In this document: one piece after another, positions 13,024-23,732 of the stretch
Layout of the letters: every line of letters starts with the position of its first letter
Numbering within the stretch: position 1 is the stretch's first letter
Assembly: GCF_026210795.1 (NCBI RefSeq)
Contig: NC_089430.1
Location: 4,154,001-4,218,000, forward strand
Length of the DNA: 64,000 nt
Direction: 5' to 3'
Source of the DNA: Rhizophagus irregularis
Taxonomy: Eukaryota
Made by a program: the position numbers and the translations under genes
Notes under the pieces: model-generated
The model's database searches: none
The model's input: only the letters and a program-made list of their open reading frames with translations
What the model was told of the DNA's origin: nothing

Positions 13024-14262
13024 CTCGTGATGAAAAAACTGCGCTCATAGCATGTTCCGAATATTTTTATCCTAAAAGATATTAGATCATGAATAATAAT
13101 AATAAAATTTTAATAAAGATGCAAAAAATAGAATATGTAAAAACGTTTCCTTTGAATTGTAAGTAAGAAAATATTGAAAATAAACGGAATTAGACTGAAT
13201 TACTGAACAAAACGATTTTTATTGATATTATTTCACGAAACGTGCGCGTGTAGCGAAGGACATTTTATTGTTATGTACAGTACTAGATGATTTTGATCTG
13301 TGACCCATGTAATTTTCCGTCATAACTTTTTGAATTATTATTTTTTTTGTAATACTTGTTTTTTATTTGTAGCATATGATTTATAATTACTGTATTTACA
13401 TCAGCGGGCGGACCCATTTACCTAGTATATAGCTAATTTGAGTGAAGTCTGGAAATTTCATAATTTTGTAATGCTGTTTATCTTTTACGTTTTTAATTTC
13501 GAGTAATATGTATATATATTTATTTTTTAAAAAAATTCAAGATCAATAATAGGAAATTTGATTTACGCTCTAATACTGCTCTAATGTTATGGCACAAACA
13601 TTTTGATGAAGCTATTTAAGCTTTTTTATAGCGAATTACTTTATAAAGATTCGCAAAATTATTATAAACCGAAGAATATACTTTAAGCCAATTTGTTTGA
13701 TGTTTGTTCGTGTTGCTAAACGTTGTAACTTACATATAAGGCTCCACTTATTACACATAAAGTACACTAATTTACGCTTAGTTAGTTAGATATAGAACGT
13801 TATAAAAGGAAAATAATACCTAAATTTTTAAGTATTTGTTTATTTAATATTATATAGAAATAGATTAATTTAACATCAACTGTAAAATTTTAATATTAAA
13901 GAAACTAAATATCAAAATTCACTTAAAACTACAATTTTAATTAATCCTAATATTTATTATTGAAAAGTAATAGACTGAAATAATTTATTAAGATTTTGTT
14001 TCGTTTAGCCAAATTATTTTTTATAGATGATAAATGTTTGTATCGGTAAGTAATAAGTATTCTATTATTCTACAATTTTTGATCGTAGAATATTATGAAT
14101 TGTTAAGAAATTTCGTTATAAAAATTTGCAATTATTAAAGTTTCACAAAATTTGCTGATCAAAGGTACGTTATACAGTACGACAGTTATAAATTTTGTTG
14201 GTTCAATAATTATTCCAAATTCAGTTAGTTACATAGTAAATTAACGCCATCATTAGGAGCAG

Positions 14263-14467
14263 TAATCCCGCACCCGTGGTGTAACCGGACTTTACAATTT
14301 TTAGTAACAGAAACCCGTCCAATGTGTGACAATAAGGTGTGACAAATAGAGATCAGACTGCAAAAAAATTTCTAAGTCGCTGAGATAAATATAAACAACG
14401 CGTTCCTCACGGTCACGTGACATGTGACAATAAACATCACCTCGGTTACACCACGGGTGCGGGATTA
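14263..14467. mobile_element. MITE with perfect 25-bp inverted repeat, inserted in the K3 promoter
   Basis: TAATCCCGCACCCGTGGTGTAACCG (14263-14287) and its exact reverse complement (14443-14467). The terminal TA could be a TSD. The whole insert 14251-14480 is flanked by a GCCAT direct repeat and is absent from K1, K2 and K4. Confidence 0.85.
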
Positions 14468-14551
14468 TAGATCCGCCAGAGCCATTATACATATACAAAC
14501 GTAAAATTCTTTTTCACAAATTTGAAATAATATAAAATATAAAATACAAAA

Positions 14552-16181
14552 ATGAGTTCTAAAAGTAGTATCTGATTTTAATGAATTAAATATCTCTGAT
14601 AAAAACTCTATTTCTGCAAATATTAATCATGATAATTGTTACGACCCAGCTAATAATAAAATTTGGTGTAAAGAATGTGTTCCTCGTTGCATAATTGAAG
14701 GGTGGACCAGCAGTGGAAATGATGATATTGATAATCTTATCAAGGATTCGATTTATAATGCAATTAGACATCGTTATCCTGGTTGTCCATCATTTCTTGA
14801 ATGGGTTCCATTTGATAGATTTAAAGATATGAAACAAATAGGTGAAGGTGGATTTGCAAAAGTGTATTCTGCAACTTGGATTGATGGTGATGCAAAATAC
14901 ATTAAACAAGGTGATGGAAATTGGATAAAAAGAGAACCTGAATCCATACAAGTTGCTTTGAAAAAGCTAAATGGATCACAAAATATGTCAGCTGATTATT
15001 TAAATGAGGTATATTTTCATTTATATTTTATATTTTTTAATTTTTTTGAAAATATTAATTTGATTTAATTTAATTAATAGCTTAAAACGCATTGGAAATT
15101 AAATAACAAACAATTAGATTCTTTAAGATTTTATGGGATGACCAAAGATCCAGAAACTGAAGAATTTATGATAATTTTGCAATGTGCAAGTAAAGGAAAT
15201 TTTAGAAATATTCTTTCAAGTAATTTTAAAAATATTTTATGGGGTGAGAAAGTTCGTTATTTATATGGCGCAGCATGGGAACTTAAAGATTTACATGAAT
15301 TAGGATATTTTCATAAAGACTTTCATAGTGGAAATATATTATCAAATAGTAATACTAGTATTTATATTTCAGATTTTGGATTATCGCGACCAACAAATGA
15401 ACAGAAATCAGATAATAAAATAGTTGGTGTGGTACCATATATTGCTCCAGAAGTTTTAAATGGAGAACCATATACATTATCTTCAGATATTTATAGTTTC
15501 GGTATAGTTATGGCTGAAGTATCATCTGGAAAACCTCCTTTCTATAAAAGAAAACATGATAATAACTTAGCATTGGAAATATGTAATGGACTCAGACCAA
15601 AATTTGGAAAAGGAACCCCTGAAATTTATAAGAAATTAGCTCATAGATGTATGAATGCTGATCCAAATCAAAGACCAACAGCCAATGAATTAGGTGAAAT
15701 ATTAGTTTGTTGGAATAATTATGCGAATGGTTACTATGATTATGGTAATGAAAATGAAAAATATGGTTATAAAAGAAAGGAAGTTAAAGCTGTATTTGAT
15801 AAAGCTGATGAAGAGATACCAAATATTTCAGCCTTGCATGAAAAAGATCCTGATGCTATTTACACTAGTAGAGCATTTACATTTAAAAATTTGTCAAAGC
15901 CCATTAATTCATCTTTTATTGCTACTACATATCTTGATAATAAAGGTACTGTGTTTTATATTATTTTTTGAATTATATAAAATAATTAAATGACAAATAA
16001 TTTTATTTATTTTAATAGATTGTCAAGATTCTCAATTAATTGACTTAGAAGTTCCTAGTACGTCAAAATTAGAGGGTAAATATATTTACTATGTACTGTA
16101 TTTATAATATTTATTTTTTTGATGTAAAATAATTAACGCTTTATTTTAATTTTTATAATAGATGGTGATAGCGATAACTAA
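14552..16181 (+). pseudogene. TKL-like kinase copy K3, frameshifted near the start (exons 14552-15008, 15081-15945, 16019-16075, 16162-16181)
   Basis: An 11-nt deletion (TAATGAAACCC relative to K1) gives MSSKSSI* with the stop at 14573-14575. The remainder is open, and the next in-frame ATG is at 14829 (MKQIGEGG). Confidence 0.8.
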
Positions 16182-17450
16182 ATAAAAATTTCGTAACTAT
16201 ATAGATGTTAATTTTTTTATTTATTTACGATAAAATTAAAGAAATAATCACCTTTATGAATATATCAAGTTTATTATTTAATTAAATACTAGTTATATTG
16301 TATTGAAGATATTTGTAAAAGGGGTAATTCGTCTTGTAATAAACACTACAAAAGAATGTTAAAAACTTATCTGGATTTTTACTATAATTTGATTGAAATT
16401 AAAAAATAAAATAAAAAAATGATATTGACCTTGCATTGAGCGATTGACTAATTTTTGCTAATTGTAAGTTATGGTGATTTGGTTAAGCAAATTATATAAT
16501 ATGATTTGATTTGATTTTTTTTTTTTTTGACTAAATTTTTGATTAAAATCCGCTCTAACGAATTTTAAGAAACTAGTATTTTTAATCTATGAAATATAGA
16601 ATACATATTGAAGTGCGAAAATTTATTGTTAATAACTACCGTGCAGAGTATATTTATCTCAGCGACTTATTTTTTTTTTTAGCGGTCAGATGTCTATTTG
16701 TTACTTTCGTGATGAAAAAACTGCGATCACAGAACGGGGATGCATGCTCCGAATACTTTTATCCTAAAAGATATTAGATTATGAATAAATATTGAGTATT
16801 AACTGAAAAAAATAATAATAATAAAAAGTTTTAATTAATGATACAAAAAATAAAATATGTAAAAACGTTTCCTTTGAATTGTAAGTAAGAAAATATTGAA
16901 AATAAACGGAATTAGACTGAATTAAGTAAATTAAGGTGAATTAACAGAGCGATTTTTATTATAATATTATTACCCAAAGCGTAGCGAAGGACTTTTTACT
17001 GTTATACACAGTACTAGACGACTTTGATCTGTAACCGTGCAATTTCCCTCTTTCCTTCCTTCTTACGTCATAACTTTTTGAATTATTATTTTTTTGTAAT
17101 ACTTGTTTTTTATTTGTATCATATGATTTTATTTACATCAGCGGGCGGACCCATTTACCTAGTATATCATAGCTAATTTGACGGTAAGTATTCTATCATT
17201 CTACAACTTTGATCGTAGTATATCAATTATTAAAGTTTCACAAAATTTGCTGATCAAAGGTACGTTATACAGTACGACAGTTCCCATAAATTTTTGTTGG
17301 TTCAATAATTATCCAAATTCAGTTAGTTACATTATAAATTAACGCCATTATACATATCAGATATACAAACTACATATATATATTATACATATACAAACGT
17401 AAAATTCTTTTTTCACAAGTTTGAAATAATATAAAATATAAAATATAAAA

Positions 17451-19074
17451 ATGAGTTTAAATAATGAAACCCAAGTAGTATCTGATTTTAATGAACTAAA
17501 TATCTTTGATAAAAGTTCTACTTCGGCAAAAATTAATCATGAAAATTGTTACAATCCAAAGAAAAAAAAATTTTGGTGTAAAGAATGTGTTCCTCGTTGC
17601 ATAATTGAAGGTTGGATCAGTGGAAATGATGATATTGATAATTTTATCAAGGATTCGATTTATAACGGGTGTTATCCATCATTTCTTGAATGGGTTCCAT
17701 TTGATAGATTTGAAGATATGAAACAAATAGGTGAAGGTGGATTTGCAAAAGTGTATTCTGCAACTTGGATTGATGGTGATGCAAATTACATTAAACAAGA
17801 TGATGGAAATTGGATAAAAAGAGAACCTAAATCCATGGAAGTTGCCTTGAAAAGGCTGAATGGATCACAGAATATGTCAGCTGATCATTTAAATGAAGTA
17901 TATTTTCATTTATATTTTATATTTTTTAATTTTTTTAAAAATATTAAGTTTATTTATTTGATTTAATTTAATTAATAGCTTAAAACACATTGGAAATTAA
18001 ATTGCATACAATTAGATTCTTTAAAATTTTATGGGATGACCAAAGATCCAAAAACTGAAGAATTTATGATGATTATGCAATTTGCAAGTAGAGGAGATTT
18101 GAGAAATATTCTTTCAAGTAATTTTAAAAATATTTTATGGAATGAGAAAATTGATTATTTATATCTTATGGCAAAGGATCTTAAAAATTTACATGAATTA
18201 GGCTATTTTCATAAAGATTTTCATAGTGGAAATATGTTATCATGTGATGATGATAGTTTTTATATTTCAGATTTTGGATTATCTGGACCATCAAATGAAC
18301 AGAAATTATCAGATAGTAGTAATAAAATAGTTGGTGTGTTACCATATATATATTGCTCCAGAAGTTTTAAATGGAGAACCATATACATTATCTTCAGATA
18401 TTTATAGTTTCGGTGTAGTTATGGCTGAAGTATCATCTGGAAAACCTTCTTTTTATAAAAGAAAACATGATAATAACTTAGCATTGGAAATATGTAATGG
18501 ACTCAGACCAAAATTTGGAAAAGGAACCCCTGAAATTTATAAGAAATTAGCTCATAGATGTATGAATGCTAATCCAAATCAAAGACCAACAGTCAATGAA
18601 TTATATGAAATATTAAATTGTTGGCATTGGTATGATGATAATGAAAAATATGGATATAAAGGAAAAGAAGTTAGAAATGCATTTGAGGAAGCTGATAAAG
18701 AAATACCAAATATTTCAACCTTATGTGAAAAAGATCCTGATGCTATTTATACTAGTAGAGCATTTACATTTAAAATTTTGTCAAAGCCCATTAATTCATC
18801 TTTTATTGCTACTACATATCTTAATGAAGAAGATAATAAAGGTATTGTATTTTATATTATTTTTTAAATTATATAAAATAATTAAAAATGACAAATAATT
18901 TTATTTATTTTAATAGATTGTCAAGATTCTCAATTAATTGACTTAGAGATTCCTAGCACGTCAAAATTAGAAGGTAAATATATTTAAACTATGTACTGTA
19001 ATTATAATACATATTTATTTTTGTTTTAAATCTTTATTTTAATTTTTATAATAGATGGTGATAGTGATAACTAA
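17451..19074 (+). pseudogene. TKL-like kinase copy K4, frameshifted in subdomain VIII (exons 17451-17897, 17979-18841, 18917-18973, 19055-19074)
   Basis: CCATATATATATTGCT at about 18342-18357 versus CCATATATTGCT in K1-K3. The extra 4 nt in the PYIAPE motif split exon 2 into ORFs 18036-18407 and 18331-18867. Confidence 0.82.
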
Positions 19075-19106
19075 ATAAATCGTATCAAAAATTTTGTAAC
19101 TATATA

Positions 19107-19381
19107 CAGTCAGCTCTCAATATAACGAACCCTCCGGTTCACCTCAAATTCGCTACAAGATTATAGTGAAGAATTCAAAGAATTTAATTATTGGCTTTTG
19201 GCTGATTCGTTATAACGAGGGATATTTGACGTATTTGATTATTTTTTTAAATATACTTTTTAACCGAACGAAAAAAAAAGTATTAATATTGAATGGTAAT
19301 AATCATATCGATATGAGGTTAGATGTCACGTGTTGGAAAAATTTCGTTATAAAGCGAGTTCGTTATATCGAGAGTTGACTG
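19107..19381. mobile_element. Tc1/mariner (pogo/Tigger-like) MITE (275 bp) in the K4 3' flank
   Basis: About 24-bp TIR CAGTCA(G/A)CTCTC(A/G)ATATAACGAAC with a TA TSD on both sides. It sits in the TATATA run that is uninterrupted in K1-K3. Confidence 0.9.
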
Positions 19382-19784
19382 TATACTATGTTAATTTTTT
19401 TTATTTATTTACGATAAAATTAAAGAATTAAGAATAATTTTTTTACCACAATCACTTTATGAATATATCATGTTTATTATTTAATTAAATAGTTCATAGT
19501 TGTATTTAAGATATTTGTAAAAGCGGTAATTCGTCTTGTAATAAATACTATAAAAAGAATAAATGCTATTTTGACTTTGTATTGAGAGATTGATTAATTT
19601 TTGTTAATTGTAAGTTTTGTTGATCGAGACCGAGAAATTTTCTTTCTTTATTTCTTATTTGAATTTTACATTAAGCAAATTATAAGGATTTCAAATGATA
19701 TGATCTAAAATACTTTCTAACAAATTTAACTATTTTTAATCTATGAAATATAGCAAAAGATACGAAGTCATATTGAAAAATTAA

Positions 19785-19930
19785 GAGTTTAATGAAGCCG
19801 ATCAGAAAAGATTAGAATTAATTGGATTAAAAAAACTTGGACCTGAATATACCGAAAAACCTCATTTCTGATAAGTCTATATCATTAACCGAATTAACGA
19901 AACAAGATACTAGGCAAGCAAGGTATAAAT
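19785..19930 (+). pseudogene. Kinase C-terminal tail remnant of a different subfamily
   Basis: Reads EFNEADQKRLELIGLKKLGPEYTEKPH, resembling the post-kinase tail of Glomeromycotina TKL kinases (recalled), then a stop and an intron-like GT...AG. Confidence 0.5.
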
Positions 19931-20253
19931 TATAAAATATAAGATTTAAATAATTAATTTAATATTGATTTTTGATTTCAATTTTTTAAGATACATTACA
20001 AGAACAAACGAGTTTGACATACAAACTTTATTATTTTTTTTGGCTATTATATATAGTATTGATGAGATATATAATACACACTTTAAGCTTCCGAGCTAAT
20101 AATTTCAAAAATTTGTTAAATAAAGAAATGGTTCATGCGAGACAACAAATCTAATCAATTTACATCATCATTTTATTTTGCTTAATTAACATTGCGATAA
20201 TTATATATGTGTAGAATACTTTGAATTTAAATTAAACATTTACTAGTATTAAC

Positions 20254-20379
20254 TAAAGATGGCAACGGTTATGGTCAGTTATCGGTCGGTCATAACCGGT
20301 CAAGAACCTTTGACCGACCGACTATTTGACCGTTTTGGTTAAGTCAAACGGTCGGTCACGGTTATGACCGCCATCACTA
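20254..20379. mobile_element. Short hAT-like MITE relic
   Basis: Ends TA(AA/GT)GATGGC in inverted orientation. The interior is built of GACCG/CGGTC repeats. No matching TSD. Confidence 0.55.
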
Positions 20380-20620
20380 TAAATAAGTATCAGAAGATTT
20401 AGCGTATTCCGTCCTCTTAAAACTTCGGGTGCAATATAAGGTAACACACCTTATATACTGTTTTTTGTATTTTCTTACTCGCTCTATATACTTTGCCAAA
20501 TCCGACTTTTGCGATATATTTAACATCATACTACTGTAAAATCTATCATATTCATTCAAATGCTTTATGATACTTATCTGTTGTTAGCTGGGTTCTTTTT
20601 AGCAAATTTTGCGTGAAAAA
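20380..20620 (-). pseudogene. Collapsed kinase remnant
   Basis: Minus-strand pieces YDRF..., YIAKVGFGKVYRA (Gly-rich loop), then [13 protein letters not shown] and YAKSSD. Subdomains II-VII are deleted and there are several frameshifts. Confidence 0.7.
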
Positions 20621-21961
20621 TTAAATCTAACGATAGAGAACGTCTGTATGAGGAAATAAAATCAAAGCAGGGTTACTATATAATCCACATTCTTGAAAGT
20701 TTCACTGTACCATTTAGTAATTAATTTATGCTGTTTTATTGCCACAAATAATTCTGCAAGGGGGATCAATTTATTCAGCTAAAAATCAATTTCCGGTATT
20801 TTAATGTTAATTTTTAAAATTTATTAGTAATATAATTTGAATTTTAATATAGATAAGAAATAGAGAACAAATTATGTTTGAATCAAAATAAAATAAATTA
20901 AATTAACATTATGAACAGTAAGTGATACCGGTGGATAACCAGGCGCTAATATAAAATATAAATATATATTGCACAGTGTACACATTGCTCTTCGACCCCA
21001 GCTTTTGATGTACTGTATATGGACAAGCTGTCAAATGTTTCTCTGCAAGTTTATTATAACTTTCGTTGTATTAAAAATTTAAAATATTACTTTTATCATA
21101 AGTATTACGATAATTTATCGTTTTTCTCTTCCACACCATATAAGAAAGAATGATTTCCCTGTTTTAATAACGATTTAGTCTTCTCACTATTTTAGAATAC
21201 GTTTCTTTAAAAGAACGGATTATTATATTACTGTATTAATTTCCAAACATTTATTCAGTAAACCATGAATTTCAACAAGCCCTCAATTTTTGGGCTTATT
21301 CATGGTTAATTGTTGCCCGAATAATGAAGTTTAAAGATTTAGATTATTTCTTGATACTGTATGTTTTCTTTTCATTACAAGAATATTGCAAATTTTAATG
21401 TTTTAAACTGAAGCAGATGAACTGTTTTTTAGTATGATTTACTATGTAATATTTTATTAATTTGTTAGTTCTTTCAGTGCTAAGACAAATATTTCATTTG
21501 AATATTTAATTTAATTTTATTATTTAGTATAAAAATGTCATTTAGAAAATTTTTCGTTAAATCAACAAATAAATAATGAATTAAAAAGAAGGATTTAATT
21601 CATCATATAGAAATAAATTTGTGAAACCTCCTTTTTAATGTTCAGAATGAAGAAATCTGGCCTACTAACAAGGTCGAAATTACGATAATGTTATTTAAAA
21701 AGTAAATTTTTGCACTGATTTATAATTTACTGCGCCTGCGGTAAATCATAAGAATGTGTTTCTTTCAGAAATTTTTTTTTTATTTTTTTCCAAATTTGTC
21801 TCATTGTCGACTATAGTCTTAGCCTCAAAGTATCACAAATTCCAAATTATTTTCATTAAATAATAATAAAAAATCAATCTTAAATTATTTTATATTTTGT
21901 TGTTTTAACCAATGATTTATGATTTATCTATTGAATAAAGATTCATCAATCAAAAACTTTT

Positions 21962-22128
21962 TCTTTTTTGTCCGGAGCGAAGCGAAGGACAATATATGTC
22001 TGCGTCTCTACGCACTATGAAAAAAAAACCGATCACGTGAATTTCTCTGTCCGCCACGTGATCGTCACCCAATGAATCGCAAATTTTGGTTTTTCGCTCC
22101 GGACTTACAACGGTTCCCGTTTCCTAGT
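21962..22128 (+). mobile_element. Helentron-associated non-autonomous element (HINE-like), apparently complete
   Basis: T-run, 12-bp subterminal inverted repeats GTCCGGAGCGAA (21970-21981) and TTCGCTCCGGAC (22093-22104), 3' hairpin AACGG-TTC-CCGTT, then CTAGT. Confidence 0.7.
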
Positions 22129-22359
22129 AATAACCTAAAAAAATCAGCGATAAATACCATCTGGGGAAATAAGTCTTAATTTACAAAAATGGACGAATCA
22201 TTTAAGAAATTACATTCGTTACGTCATTATCCAAACATTTATTTTGTGATTATTTTATTTTTTTTTTACAACATGCGTAAACGCATTTCTTTATTAAGTA
22301 AAGTGTGAAAGAGAACAAATTACATATTAAATAATAGAAATACTTTGAAATTGATGGCG

Positions 22360-23732
22360 TCAAGCATCATCAATCTCTCCATACCAAGCGCTTCGGCCTA
22401 CCACACGACGCCCTTGAACTACTACACAACTATCTACTACCCTAATAATACAGTGAAACTGTGCCTCCTCTACCTCTTCTATGACTTCCGAATTTACCTC
22501 CCCTTTTTTGTTAATACTTACTGTCCACCCTTCTTCGTCACTCTCTTCCTCTTCCGCTTTACTCCTATCCCCTTGCTTTCCTATAACACGCTTTTTACCT
22601 TCTTTTATGTCTTCTTCATCAGAAGAAGATTCAACTGCGAATGGGTTAGTTCCTGTCCTTTTATATTTTGGTATTTTTCCCCAGGCGGCAGTCTTTTTGA
22701 GCAAGAAGCGTTAACCGTTTCATATTCGTGCAGCTCGATTGGAGTCACTGGGTTTGTACTTTTTGTTGTCTCCGCAGCATCTGCTTCTTTTGCTTTCTTT
22801 TCGTCGATTTCTTTCTTCTTAGCTCGTACGTCCTTGACTAAGTCGGAAAATCCTTTTCTAGCTCTATCTATCCATTCCTCATCCTCTTTCTGCTTTATTG
22901 AGTCGATATCTGGTTGGCCTTGTCGGTCATCTTTTCTCAAATCAATACTATGTCTACTACCGTTTCAGGCGAAGTATAATCTTTTATTGAAGTTGACACC
23001 CTTTGTTGTGGACATTCATCCAACAAGTCGGGTTTACTACAAAATCTCGACAACCATAAAATCGACAGTCTACAATCCCGACACCAAGATCCCGACAACC
23101 CAAATCCCGTTGAAATAAAATCCCGATAGTCTTCAAATTTCGACAGTTAAAAATCTTAACAATCAAAATCCCAAAGTTTTTTTTTTTAAATATAATGTTA
23201 AAAATGCAATGACGCAGTAATGGCTTGATTTATTGTAAATTTTATTAATACCAATGTAAATTGTTTATTAATATTACTGTAATGCAAATTAACTAACGTT
23301 ACTATGTTATTAATGAAATTAAAAGAAAAAATTTTATCTTAGTTAAAAGGATTATGTACAGTATATTACAAGATTACTAAACTATTCCTTATCTTCTAAA
23401 ATTAGAAACAATTGCATTAAAAAAATTAACTAATCTCAAATTCATCTGATCGAATCTCAGCCAGGATTTTGACTGTACAGATTTTAGATCATCGGGATTC
23501 TGTGAATGCCAGGATTTGATACAATCGGGATTTGCATTTATCGGGATTTTGGTGTCGTGATTATAGACTGTCGATATTATAGGTGTCAGGATTTTTGGGT
23601 GATCCCAACAAAGTCCGCCCTGAACTTGTTTACCGTGTCTACTACTTCGTCTGTACTTACAGTCTCTATAATTGTTGTTGTTACCGTACGTCGTTTGTTT
23701 TTGTTGATGAACAGAATTCCCCTCGTTATCAT
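22360..23732 (-). pseudogene. Decayed charged, low-complexity ORF of unknown (possibly retroelement or viral) origin, split by a MULE-like MITE
   Basis: Removing 23030-23606 and one TSD copy joins MITRGILF...NKFRADFV to G*MSTTKG...YFA*NGSRHSIDLRKDDRQ... in frame with ORF 22605-22940. A later frameshift leads into ORF 22360-22704. GC is visibly above background. Confidence 0.55.
23030..23606. mobile_element. MULE-like MITE (577 bp)
   Basis: GGG...CCC termini. Long degenerate TIRs (about 140 bp) made of AAAATCCCGAC-type repeats around an AT-rich core. Near-identical 9-bp TSD CAACAAGTC / AACAAAGTC. Confidence 0.8.

Larger units (their letters stand above)
6470..19750 (+). repeat. Head-to-tail tandem array of four kinase gene plus spacer units (ATG spacing 3723, 4016, 2899 bp)
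   Basis: Promoter, introns, 3' flank and intergenic spacer are repeated with high identity. ATGs are at 6813, 10536, 14552 and 17451. Spacer 3 lacks about 600 bp present in spacers 1 and 2. Confidence 0.9.

Noticed and set aside
22345..23118. 257-aa plus-strand ORF
   Set aside because: Antisense shadow of the purine-rich minus-strand relic (Phe/Ser/Leu-rich) that runs into MITE repeats.
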